A stretch of 64,000 bases of DNA, taken from assembly GCA_030390025.1 (NCBI GenBank), contig CM059425.1:165418001-165482000 (forward strand), given 5' to 3'. Position numbers and translations under genes: made by a program. Below the pieces are notes generated by a model, which was not told the origin of the DNA, made no database searches, and saw only the letters and a list, made by a program, of their open reading frames with translations. Origin of the DNA: Squalus acanthias. Lineage: Eukaryota. Shown piece after piece: positions 36,944 through 48,663 of this stretch (positions within the stretch are counted from its first letter, which is position 1; the number at the start of each line of letters is the position of its first letter).

Positions 36944-37106
36944 CAATGATCCCGTTAAGCTGTGTGGCCGCGTGGCCACACAGCAGTCTGGAGGTCCCGC
37001 ACTGGCCGTTTGCCGGCTTTCCAATGGAAAAACCCCACATGTGCGGAGATTTGAATGGGTCGCGCAGCCCGTTAAAGGGGCCGAGCACCCAAAAAAAATG
37101 ACATTG
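36944..37106 (+). mobile_element. hAT-type MITE, second copy
   Basis: Homologous to 24234-24395; CAATG/CATTG ends; TSD CTGATAAC/CCGATGAC. Confidence 0.7.
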
Positions 37107-37897
37107 CCGATGACGGTGTGCAGACTGCCTTACACAGTTGCACAGAGCAGCCTTGCGTCAAAGTATACAAGTGGCCTGAGCTAAGCAGGTGGGCTCAGGA
37201 GTGAACTACATTCATCTGCAACCAGACAACCTCCTATGCACAGTGCAGGGTTGTTTGCTCGCCCGAGCTCGCTGGAATGCTGGTGGAATTGAAGGGCAGC
37301 TCAAGTGCCATTGTGACTGATGCACCTTTTTCTTCTGAAGTTGACCTTTCTGAGGAGTTCCGACCACAGAGTCTAAGTAACAATATTATTAGATTTCTTA
37401 TTTGGAACTTGCGATAGGGCTCTTTGTAATAGAAGATTGAATTAGAAAGGAATAACTTTATTACTAAGGTTAAAAAAATAATGTTATATTCAGCAGCTCA
37501 GCCTCTGCTTATAAATCTATGGCCCCAAAAAATTATCTCCAATTTAGCCTAATGACTCTGTATTTGGGGCAGACAGGGGATGAAATTGGGGCCAGACCTT
37601 GTTTTATTGAGACTCCACACAATTTGGCCTCCAGTGGCATTTCCATCAGAATTAGGCTGGGTATTTCTTGTGTCTCTCCCAATATAGAAGTCACTGAAAG
37701 AGGTGGGGCTGGCAAGAATCAAGTTGTCATCTAGTGGCATTCCTAGCAATTCCAGTTCCGTTGTCACCAGCGCTATTTACGCCTGCATGAAGCAGATGTA
37801 CTAGCAATACCAGGACCGTATCCTGATGGAAATGAGGCCCAAAAGATTTTGAAAGGCCAATTTCCTCACGACACCAGTTCAGACCCTTTTTGAAATT

Positions 37898-38515
37898 GCA
37901 TTTACTAAAGGGAATATTTATAAATGTTCATAATATATCAGTACAAGTTATGCAGTGTAGATTAGAAAGTAACTTGGTAGTGCTATAAGCCATTTTTTCC
38001 AGAATTTTTCTTTTATTAAGTAAAGTGGGAATACTTTATCGGCCATTAAACACATCTTCATCCAGCATGGTCAGCACTCTGGTGCTTGGCACTGCTCCGC
38101 AGCAACCTTCCGCCCTCACAGTCTAGCGGCTACTCCAGGTGTGCCGCACACACTGCAGGTGCCCGCCTGATTCATGCAAATATCCCTTGTTCCAGTAATT
38201 CCAATGGTATCAGTGGTGCTACTTGCTAGCGGGGGAAAGTCCTGCTCCACCTTTGTTGCAGAGGCCGAGCTGGACTCATGATTTTCAGGGCCTTTGTCTT
38301 CAGACTCTCGCCTAATGGGCCAAACTGGTGGCCTAATTGATTCATTGTCAGATTCTGATTGTTAAGGAAAGTTACCCAAACCATTATGGCATTTACTAAA
38401 GTTAATATTTCTAAATGTTCATAATATATCAGTACAAATTAGATTAGAAAGTAACTTGGTAGTGATATAAGCCAATTTTTTGTGATTTTTTCTTTTATTA
38501 AATAAAGTGGGAATA
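37898..38515. repeat. Diverged ~130-bp direct repeat pair (37898-38033, 38389-38515)
   Basis: GCATTTACTAAAG..TAAATGTTCATAATATATCAGTACAA..AGATTAGAAAGTAACTTGGTAGTG..TAAAGTGGGAATA occurs twice. Confidence 0.85.
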
Positions 38516-38590
38516 TGATGCGCTAACTTTTTTTAATTTGAAGGCTTATTAAATATTGCTTTCATTGTTTCTGCATCCTAATTATTACTA

Positions 38591-38945
38591 CAGGAAACTC
38601 TCTTTTAACCGGCACCCAAATAACCGGAAATCTCTCTTAACCGGCAAAATTCTTGAGTAGGTAACCGGGGTTTTCCTTCATCTCTCCTTTAAAAATAACT
38701 TTAAAATAAACCCCGAGGCGTTTGCCTTGTATCGGAGCGTGTAGATTGGGAGGGGAATGTGCAGCCCGGGTAGGCAGCGGACACGACAGATGGTCAGCTG
38801 GCGGTCCCCGGGGAGACGGAGCTCCGAATGCAGGCGCATGTCAGTGTGTACGGGGCTCTCGAGATATAACTCTCCATTATCCGGACTTTTTGATTAACCG
38901 GCACCACGCCGGTCCCGTCGGTGCCGGTTAATAAAGAGTTTCCTG
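38591..38945. mobile_element. Tc1/mariner superfamily (pogo/Tigger-like) MITE
   Basis: 26-bp TIR CAGGAAACTCTYTWTTAACCGGCACC with 2 mismatches; TA TSD; internal TAACCGG repeats. Confidence 0.88.
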
Positions 38946-40039
38946 TACATAGAAATAATTTAAAAGGGACTTCTATTTCACGGAATTTCCCAATAATCCC
39001 TGAATGTTATAGGGAGCTATCTCAAGTTCCACATCATGATCAGGAACAATGGAAAATGAGTAGCATTCCCAACTAGCAAGAGGAGTGACCGGAAGAGAAC
39101 TTAAACGGACCGAAGACATCTTGGTCCTGGCTGAGTGGGCACCTGTGAGCTCTGCTCTTAACCTCGCTGCAATATCTGGGGTGGGCAGGGTCATATCATT
39201 GAAATGCCAGTGGTGGTGTGCTCGTTCCATTATGGGCGCCACAGGAGGGGGTGGGAAAAGTCGTGTTCGCCAATTGTTAGTGCCACAGTCGAGCCACGGG
39301 CCAGGAACACTTTTTAACATCTCCTAAATTGGTCCCGTTTATAAGGAGACCAAAGAGAAATAAGGATACCACCATTTTTTGGGGGGGCTCAGGGCCAGGA
39401 CCCTCAGGTGGGTGGCACCTGTGCCACTGAAACTACCTGTACACCATTTCATCCCCACATCCAGGTCACTGGGCTGGAGAGAGACCAAGTTGAGGAAGTT
39501 CTACCTGCCCCTGCCCAAATTATCAGCTGGTGGATTCTGAGTAGAGACTCAACATCCCAGGACTGACTTCCACCACAGGACTGCTCCAGGAGCCAAGGAG
39601 TTCTGGCTGCACAATGTCACAAATGTGTGCTCCAATGTTACCTCAGATCAGCAGTTCTAATCCATAAAACTTGATAAGAATGTACTTTTCAGATATCTCC
39701 CTTTGATAACATTTATGAATGATGGTGCAATTTAGCAGAATGTACTTATCCTTAAAAAATGGCTGCTGTTCCATGCAAGATGACTTCTCCCCTGTGAAGG
39801 ATTTCCATCTTCCTCAGTATTCTGGCATATGTTATGTTCTCTGACCCTATCGGTCCTTGTTTTTAAAATGTATGCATGTTTGATACCAATTAATTTCTAC
39901 ATAGGTGTAGCATAGTATGAAAAACCAATTATTGTAAACACTCTTAGTGCCCTTCAATGCAATTATTTTACAGTTATACAAAATAATCAAAAGGACAGTG
40001 CTTGCAAAAAAAGTAATTAAAAGAGTTAAAGTACATCTA

Positions 40040-43000
40040 GGGGGTGAAATTCGATTAAGCTCAAAAATGGGCGCAGGGAGCGCGAAGTGGTTTAAAGTGC
40101 GAGTGTTTAAAGTGGTGCAGGCAGCATGCAAAATTCGTGCTGCCGGCTCATTATAATGATTGGAGCGCTGAGCTCAGCGCTTAATGGACTGCTGGTTGAC
40201 TTAGCGCTCAAGAGGGGGACCAATATCGGGTGCAGTCTACTGGCCAACCAAATTTTGCCTAGGCTCTCTGCACCACTTAATGGGGAGGTGCTTTGTTGCA
40301 GAAGCACCTCATTGTCATTCTGAAGCCATGGCACAACAGGGAAGAGAGAGGGTAAGAAGGGCATACACACAGAAATGGTTGGTGCAATGGCAAGCCTCTT
40401 GTCAGTGTCAAGGAGCATGGAGGAGTCCAGTTCCAACATTGCATGGGGATTTGCACAAAGCTTCGAGCCCATGATTTCCAGGATGGAAATGATGGGCAAC
40501 TCCATTAGGACACTTGTGGACCCAACCATGATGCTGGGTGTGATGGGCGATGTCGCAGCTTCCATTGCAGCATAAGTGGAAGTGTCCCAATGTCTGAACA
40601 TAACATAAGAACATAAGACGTAGGAGCAGGAGTAGGTCATTTGGCCCCTCGAGCCTGCTCCGCCATTCAATAAGATCATGGCTGATCTGATCTTGGCCTC
40701 AACTCCACTTCCCTGTCCGCACCCCATAACCCTTGACTCCCTTACCATTCAAAAATCTGTCTATCTCCACCTTAAATCTATTCAATGGCCCAGCCTCCAC
40801 AGCTCTCTGGGGAAGAGAATTCCAAAGATTCACGGCCCTCAGAGAGAAGAAATTCCTCCTCATTTACATTTTAAATGGTTGCCCCCTTATTCTGAAATTA
40901 TGCCCCCTAGTTCTAGATTCCCCCATGAGGGGAAACATCCTCTCTGCATCTACCCTGTCCAACCCCCTCAGAATCTTAGATGTTTCAATAAGATACCCTC
41001 TCATTCTTCTAAACTCCAATGAGTATAGGCCCAACCTGCTCAACCTTTCTTCATAAGACAACCCCTTCATCTCCGGAATTAACCTCGTGAAGCTTCTCTG
41101 AAGTGCCTCCAATGCAAGTATATCCTTCCTTAAATAAGGAGACCAAAACTGTACGCAATACTCCAGGTGTGGTCTCACCAACGCCCTGTACAGTTGTAAC
41201 AGGACTTCCCTACTTTTATACTCCATTCCCTTTGCAATAAAGGCCAACACTCCATTTGTCTTCCTAATTACTTGCTGTACCTGCATGCTAACTTGTTGTG
41301 ATTCATGGACAAGGAGCCCCAGATCCTTCTGTAGCTCAGCATTTTGTAATCTCTCCCCATTTAAATAATAATTTGCTTTTTTATTTTTCCTACCAAAGTG
41401 GATAACCTCGCATTTTCCCACATTATACTCCATCTGCCAGATTCCTGCCCACTCACTTAGCCTATCTATAAATCTTTGGAGATTCTTAGCGTCCTCCACA
41501 CAATTTGCGTTCCCACCTATCTTTGTATCATCAGCAAGCTTGGCTACATTACACTCGGTCCCTTCATCCAAGTCATTAATATAGATTGTAAATAGTTGAG
41601 GCCCCAGCACTGATCCCTGCGGCACCCCACTAGTTACAGTGTGCCATCCTGAAAATGACCCATTTATCCCGACTCTCTATTTTCTGTTAGTTAGCCTGAT
41701 CCTCTATCCATGCTAATATATTACTCCCAACCCCGTGAGCTCTTATCTTGTGTAGTAACCTTTTATGTGGCACCTTATCGAATGCCTTCTGGAAATCCAA
41801 ATACACGACATCTACTGGTTCCCCTTTATCCACCCTGCTCGTTACATCCTCAAAGAACTCCAGCAAATTTGTCAAACATGATTTCCCTTTCATAAAACCA
41901 TGCTGACTCTGCTTGACTATATTATGATTTTCTAAATGTCCTGCTATCACTTCCTTAATGATGGACTCCAGCATTTTCCCAATGACAGATGTTAGGCTAA
42001 CTGGTCAATAGTTGCCTGGTTTCTGTCTCCTTCCTTTCTTAAATAGGGGCATTACATTTGCGGTTTTCCAGTCTGCTGGGACCTCTCCAGAATCCAAGGA
42101 ATTCTGGTAGATTACAAACAATGCATCCATTATCTCTGCAGCCACCTCTTTTAAGACTCTAGGATGCAGGCCATTGGGTCCATGGGGACTTGTCCACCTT
42201 TAGTCCCATTAGTTTGCCTAGTACTTTCTCTCTAGTCACAGTGATTGTTTTAAGTCCCCCCCCCCCCCTCCGCACCCCAATTGCCCCTTGATTATCCATT
42301 ATTGGGATGCTTTTAGTGTCTTCTACCGTGAAGACCGATACAAAATATTTGTTCAAAGGCTCCGCCATTTCCCTGTTTCCCATTATTAATTCCCCAGACT
42401 CATCCTCTAGGGGACCAATGTTTACTTTAGCTACACTCTTCCTTTTTATATACCTGTAGAAGCTCTTACTGTCTGTTTTTATATTTCTTGCTAGCTTATT
42501 CTCATAAGCTATCTTCTCTCTCTATCATTCTTTTAGTCGTCCTTTGCTGATTTTAAAAAAATGTCCCAATCCTCTGGCCTTCTACTATTCTTTGCAAAAT
42601 TGTATGCCTTTGTTTTCAATTTGATACCATCCTTTACTTCCTTAGTTAGACACGAATGGTTCATCCTTCTCTTAGAGTCTTTCTTTCTCTCTGGAATATA
42701 TATTTGCTGAGAGTTATGAAATATCTCCTTAAATGTTTGCCACTGCTTATCTACAGTCTTACCCTGTAATATATATGAGTGCTGCAGTGGATGCTCAGAC
42801 TGCTCTCTTGCAGGCTCAGACTGATTCCATCGTAGCTGAGTTAATGAGTGTGGAAAGGCTCTTGCAGAACCTGCTGTCCTCTCTCAGGATGACAGCATTC
42901 CTACTTCCACCCTGCCAGTGCCCTTGCTGCAGTCTCTCATCCAGCCAGCTCAGACTGCTGCTGCCCATGCCGAAGTTGTGCAGTCTACAGCCGGGCCTTC

Positions 43001-43115
43001 TAGGCCCTGAGCTGCTCGTCCTTCAAGGCCATCTGCAGTGTCCCCCAAGGAAAGTCAGCAGCCTTCCACCAGCCATGCTGCAGCCAGCCATGCTGCAGCC
43101 ACTGGTCAACCAATC
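40040..43115 (+). mobile_element. Harbinger relic (left TIR and Myb-like last-exon remnant) split by a CR1
   Basis: GGGGGTGAAATTCG terminus; 40330-40597 and 42776-43110 resemble 46160-46745 (e.g. CTCTCAGGATGACAGCATTCCT, GGGCC..AGGCCCTGAGCTG). Confidence 0.7.
40598..42775 (-). mobile_element. 5'-truncated CR1 LINE
   Basis: RT motifs QHGFMKGKSCLTNL, PQGSVLGP, LADD; (TTCTTATG)n tail; TGA duplicated at the junctions. Confidence 0.93.
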
Positions 43116-43330
43116 GTAACTGAGGGCAATCAGACCCAATTGAAACTAACCCTTGTAAGCTGCTCTACCACATGACAAAGAGTCTGCCAATCGGCCCCTT
43201 CTGCATGCTGATGATAATGGAGAATTCTCAGGCACAGACTGAAGTCTCAGGGATGATTTTTTTTAAGTAATAGAGAAGCAGAAGAACAGAACAGTTGCTC
43301 AAACAGTAACTGAGAAAGTGATAAAATAAT

Positions 43331-44085
43331 GGCCCAGAAATTCCGTTCGCAGCCCTCCCGCGGGCGGAGGGCTGCGATTCGGAAAAATCTCCGCTTGGAC
43401 CGGAGGGCTCCCGGGACGCGCACACTTCCGTTGCTGTGCCTGTTCAAACTGCCGGTGTGCAGGGCACGCATATCCCAGGGCGCAGGTAGTTCGCAGCGTC
43501 CCTGGGATCACGTGGGCCATGGCGAGCCAATCAGAGCAGGGAATCTCCATTCATAGATTTGACAGGAAGACCTGTCAAATCTATGAATAGAGATGAGCCC
43601 CAAAACATAAGTAAAACTTCAAATGAATTAAAAAAAAATCAAATTTTTAAAATGACTATAAATTACATAAACTAACTATTTTAAACAAAAATTTTTATTT
43701 TTGAAAAAAATAATTAAAGTTTTTAACGGGGCTAAAAATAAACTTACCTTTCTTTAAAGTATTTTAAAATGATAAATCAGTCGAAATTTTTTTTTTTTAC
43801 TTTATTAAACTATTAGCCTGGTAGAAGCAGGCCTTGCGCCTGCTTTTGTAGGCGCAGCTGTTCCTGACTTACCTGGACTCAAGCCAGTGTGGAAAAAAAT
43901 TGAAGTTTTTAACGTAAGGGCTGCCTATCCGGCGCAGGCGTTTGTCCAGTCAAGCCCTTTCTGCAGAGAACGGACGTGCCGGTTTCCAGCGCATGCGCAG
44001 TGCATTCATAAAACCGGCACTTCCGTTGGCCCTACGGGTGAGTACACAGCGCGTACCCACCCGTAGGGAACGGAATTTCTAGGCC
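43331..44085 (+). mobile_element. Harbinger-type MITE (family C)
   Basis: 18-bp TIR GGCCCAGAAATTCCGTTC / GAACGGAATTTCTAGGCC; TSD AAT/ATT; homologous to 25168-25931. Confidence 0.9.
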
Positions 44086-45008
44086 ATTATAAGTTGACCT
44101 TATTTTTGTCCTTTACGAAGAAATTAGGGATATACGACTGTTTGAAAGATAAGATCTGTGCTTCTTAAAAAATGTTTTGGTGAATTTTTGCTCATCAAAG
44201 AGACAGATGAACATGCTGGGAAAATGACCAGCTACCCTGTATCAGCATCAAGCAGTCCAAGTTCACATATAACATGGTAAGCTGCAGAGTAAAGCTCCCT
44301 CTTTGCTACCCCAACAAAGTGCCCATCTCGGAATGTCACCTCTTACTTCACCAATGTAATATTTCTATTTCCTACACCAGCCATCATTGTGGGTTATCTA
44401 AGGATGCCAATTTTAGTGGCGAGCAGTGCCAGACTCGGAGCAGTTTTTTACTATGGACCTAGACCCACTTTGAACTCGCTGATACCTTTTCAAGCACCAT
44501 ACAGTCAACAAGGAGACTTTTATCCCATCAGTTTGTGCCAGGTCACAGAGGTTGAAGAGCAATGAGCTAACCCATTGTGCCTTTGGTTTTTTAAGCTTTG
44601 CATATGCACTTAAAGGTGCTCACTGCTCAGATTATCTTAAACATTTAAGGGGAGAAATTCGGCATCGCCCCGTTTGGGGCGCAATTATCGGCCGGGCGCA
44701 AAGTTTAGCGCCTGGCGGTAATTATTGCATCCGACTGCAAACTTGACTTTTATCGCCCCTGGAGGTGATTGGAGCGCTAAATCAGGCGCTTCACACCTGT
44801 CTTAAGGCGCAAAGGCCGAGGAGCGAGGCGCTAACTCAGAGCGCTGGCGAAGCTCAGGTGATGTCAGTTAGCAATGGAACACAGACACACTGGCGCCGGC
44901 CAGTTCATAAAGGGGAGGGTCGATCTTGCTCTCCATCCACACCCTGCTCATTGGAGCCTTGAATCTCAGCCTGGAGAGACCTGTGACTACATTTTCCAGC
45001 CAAGGACT

Positions 45009-46770
45009 ATGGAGAGGGTGAGAGAACGAGCTCAGTGCTTCAGCGAGTGGGCCTTGGAGGCTCTGGTTGGCGCGGTGGAGCACAGAAGAGCTATACTGTA
45101 CCCTGAGAGTGCCAGGAGGCCATTGCTGCGCGACTACAGAAGAGTGTGGAGGGAGGTGGCTCAGCACGTCTCCTCCAGGAGCATGGTGCCCAGGACCCAT
45201 ATACAATGTCGCAAAAAGTTCAACGACCTCACTCGGGTCGTCAGGGTGAGTGGCTGTTTTTCAATACCTCTCCGTCCCTCCATCTCAACCTCACTCTATG
45301 GCCAGAGGGTCTTAAAACCGCAAGGCCCAACACTCATCTAAGACCTATGGCCCTCTCATAAAACACATGCACATTCCATACCTTACATACAGTAAGGGCT
45401 ATTCAACTATGGGAGGCACATCAGGCAAGACCATGGCTGTATATTGTAAGGGCTATTCAACTATGGGAGGCACATCAGGCAAGACCATGGCTGTATATTT
45501 ACTCAGACGCCATCCTTTTTCTTGCTGGCCAAGCTATCTCATAACAGGAGACAGCAGCAACGGACAGATGGAGGGCTGCTTCAGCTGCAACCCCTCAGCG
45601 ATCTTGAGGCGCGCGTCCACAGGATTGTGGCAAGCCAGGTGATCGGTCCCATCGCCCCTGGAGAGGTCGACCCCGTTCGGGACAGCAATGGTAAGGTCAT
45701 CAGCATTCTCTCCTCTCTCATTCCATTTGTCCCTCAAAACACCAGCCTTTTACACTTACAATCCAACTTACTAAATTGCTCCACTCCTTGCTCCCTTACT
45801 GCTCCCCTGTCCTCACGCTAAAGCCACTCTTGTACCTCCCTGCTTTCAGATGGTGATTCACCAGCTGAGGAGACGGGCCCTCAAGCTGCCAGTGGGAGCG
45901 AAGCCGCAGGCGAGGAGGAAGAGGAAGCGGAAGCCGGAGCCTCAGCGCCAGCGTCTCCCGAGGAAGCCCACACTGGGACCACGTCTTCCCTGGAGGGGAG
46001 CAGGGGGGAAGAGTCTGATGAGGGTGAAGCTCCGGGACCCAGCAGGCTGTAGCAACCCGATGGGGGTAGGGAAGCTCGGGGGCCTTCTCCCCGGAGGGAG
46101 AGCAGGCCAGCGAGTCCTGCTACACTGGACGCAGAGGAGGAGCGGCTCATCGCTGAAATGAACACCCAGACGGTGGACATGCACACTCAGCTCATGGGTG
46201 CAGTGGGAAGGGTGCCCGAAAGCATTGATGCACTGGCAAGGAGTGTGGAGCACTACGCTGCAGCACAGGCGGATGCCATGCAAATGCTTAGTGCTGCAAT
46301 TCAGTCACTGGCTGCCGTGATCCAATCTCACACTGCTCTCGTGCAGTCTCAGATTGAGGCCACGCAAGCACTGACTGCTGCCATCGTCGCTGGTTCGGAC
46401 ACATTGCCCTGGGGCTCTCATGGCATCACAGCAGGCCAGCAATCTGTGCTCCAGCAGATTGCTCCGGATGCTGAGGTGCTGCCCCGTGGGAGTGCCAGTG
46501 TGTCGGTCGAGCAGGAAGGTGCTGTCCTCTCTCAAGATGACAGCATTCCTGCTGCCACCACTGTCACTTTCCCATTGCACTTGCCACCACCTGTAGCCCA
46601 GACTGCTGCCGCCCATGCAGAGTTGGTGCAGTCTGCAGCCGGGCCCTCCAGGCCCTGAGCTGGTCTAGGGCATCCTTCAAGGGCACCTGTAGTCTCAGGA
46701 TCTGACATTCAGCAGCCTTCCACCAGCCTTGCTGCAGCCACTGGGGCCCCATTACGGAGGAGCAGTAGGG
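45009..46770 (+). pseudogene. Harbinger Myb/SANT-like gene, 3 exons (45009-45245, 45528-45690, 45850-~46770); acceptor AG>TG and premature stops
   Basis: FSEWALEALVGAV..VWREVAQHVSSRS..RTHIQCRKKFNDL; GTGAGT and GTAAGG donors; AKLSHNRRQQQRTDGG; TAG at ~46050 and TGA at 46656. Confidence 0.88.
45392..45499. repeat. Perfect 54-bp tandem duplication in Myb intron 1
   Basis: GTAAGGGCTATTCAACTATGGGAGGCACATCAGGCAAGACCATGGCTGTATATT x2. Confidence 0.95.
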
Positions 46771-47226
46771 TGGGAAGGGGGGAAGTGCACAAGGGAAGGA
46801 GATCACCCTCGAAGGGCAAAAAGTAGGAGGTCTGACGAAATGTTGGGAATGTTTTTATTAAAGGCCGAGGTTCGTGTAATAACTTTTGTTTAGTGTTTTG
46901 GCCATTATCTCCAGGTTGTGAGAATCAGTTATGTTAATTAATGATTTTTTGTGTTTGTTTCTATTAGTTTGTCATGAAGAAATAACACACACAAAGTATG
47001 TAAAATAAAAAAGTTTTTGTATTGAAAATGTACATGTTTGGCCTTTGGAATCATTGCTGCCTTGGCCAGCTATAGGGGTTGCGGGTTGCTATCCATCATG
47101 TTGTTCTCCATGCCAGAAGCCATTTTCTGAGTAGGGGCCTAGAAGCGGCTTGTTATCAGTCTTTGATGGACGGCCCTTGCAGTTTCAACATTGTGGGCCT
47201 CCCTCCCGCCTTGGTGCTGCTGCTGA

Positions 47227-48312
47227 TCATCCTCCTCCTCTTCCTCCTCCTCTCTCCTCCTCCTCCTCCGGTGGTGCACCAAGGCCTGGTGGCATTGGCT
47301 GGGTCCTCAGGATTGCAAGATTATGAAGAATGCAGCACACAACTATGAAGAGGGAGACTCGCTCAGGCGAGTACTGCAGGGCTCCTCCTAAGTGGTCCAG
47401 ACAGCGGAACCGTTGCTTGAGCACGCCGATCGTCTGCTCAATGATGTTCCTGGTGGCAATATGGGTCTCATTGTACCGCAGCTCAGCAGGGGTGTTGGGG
47501 TTACAGAGCGGTGTCATCAGCCAGGTGCAGAGCGGATAACCCTTGTCCCCGAGGAACCAACCACTTGGCCGATGCGCTGCCTGGAAAAGCTCTGGCACAC
47601 CAGTCTGGCACAGGATGCAAGCATCGTGGCTGCTGCCAGGATAGCGGGCATTGACGGCGAGTATCAGCTGTCTGTGGTCACAGACCAACTGGACATTTAA
47701 GGAGTGGAACCCCTTGCGGTTTTGGAAAACCTCTGCATTCTCCTGCAGTGCCCGCAATGCCACATGCATGCAGTCAGTGGCGGCCTGCACCATGGGAAAG
47801 CCCGCTATCCTCGCAAAGCCCAATGCGCGTTCATGCTGTTTGTCCCGGGTCATCAGGAAAGAGATGTACTGGTGTCTCCTTTTATAGAGGGCAATTGTGA
47901 CCTGCCGGATACAGCAATGGACCACGAACTGGGAGATATTAGCGATGTCGCCAGTAGCTGCTTGAAAGGAGCTGGTGGCATAAAAATTCAGAGCCACTGT
48001 GACCTTCACTGCCACCGACAGAGACGTCCTGGTCCTCAGTTGAGGCTGCAGATCTGGCTGCAGCAGGTGGCAGAGCTCAGTGACCGCCTCCTTGCTGAAG
48101 CGCAGCCTGCACAAACACTGCTCCTCAGATGAATTAATGTAGGAGAATTGTTCCCGGAATACCCTGGGAGGGTAAGGTCTCCTGTGCAGAGGCCTGTTGG
48201 CCCTCCTCCATCTGGCCATGATTGCCACTCTCTCTCTGCCTCTCTGATGCCTCCGATTCTGCAGGCGCAGGACGACACCCCGAATCATGCAGCCCCCACA
48301 GTCTCTTGACAA
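47227..48312 (-). CDS. Harbinger DDE transposase, nearly intact open frame (ATG probably at 48288; C-terminus probably frameshifted)
   Basis: [56 protein letters not shown]. Confidence 0.92.
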   Translation of the reverse strand: MSRDCGGCMIRGVVLRLQNRRHQRGRERVAIMARWRRANRPLHRRPYPPRVFREQFSYINSSEEQCLCRLRFSKEAVTELCHLLQPDLQPQLRTRTSLSVAVKVTVALNFYATSSFQAATGDIANISQFVVHCCIRQVTIALYKRRHQYISFLMTRDKQHERALGFARIAGFPMVQAATDCMHVALRALQENAEVFQNRKGFHSLNVQLVCDHRQLILAVNARYPGSSHDACILCQTGVPELFQAAHRPSGWFLGDKGYPLCTWLMTPLCNPNTPAELRYNETHIATRNIIEQTIGVLKQRFRCLDHLGGALQYSPERVSLFIVVCCILHNLAILRTQPMPPGLGAPPEEEEERGGGRGGG

Positions 48313-48663
48313 TCGAAGTAATGAAGGTCAAATCAAAAAGAACCTGCAAAGTGATGCTCAGTCGCCAAAACTACTTCACACAGTGTTGACTCTATGCAGA
48401 AGTCTCTCTCTCTCGCTCTCTCTCAGAATCTCTCTCTCTCTGTCAGAATGAGTGGTGCAAAAATGTCTCCCACAAAAAAAGGCAGGAAGAGGGTGCCTTT
48501 AAATAGCGCACCCCCAGCCCCTTACCGACTGCAAAACATTCCAGTCTCCCTGTCGTTGATTGCGGCAGGCGGAAAGGAGGGGGGCGCCACTCAATATCCG
48601 GTCCGGGGCGTCCCCGGGGCATTGCATGTTCGACTGACGTCACGATCTGCAGGTGCAGGAGAT

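Noticed and set aside
45392..45499. CRISPR-like array
   Set aside because: Two adjacent units with no spacers, in a eukaryotic transposon intron
47227..48312. Domesticated host HARBI1 gene
   Set aside because: It lies between TIRs with a TSD and a convergent Myb partner, has deletion derivatives nearby, and shows substitutions in conserved motifs (AATD for GAID); it is a transposon copy
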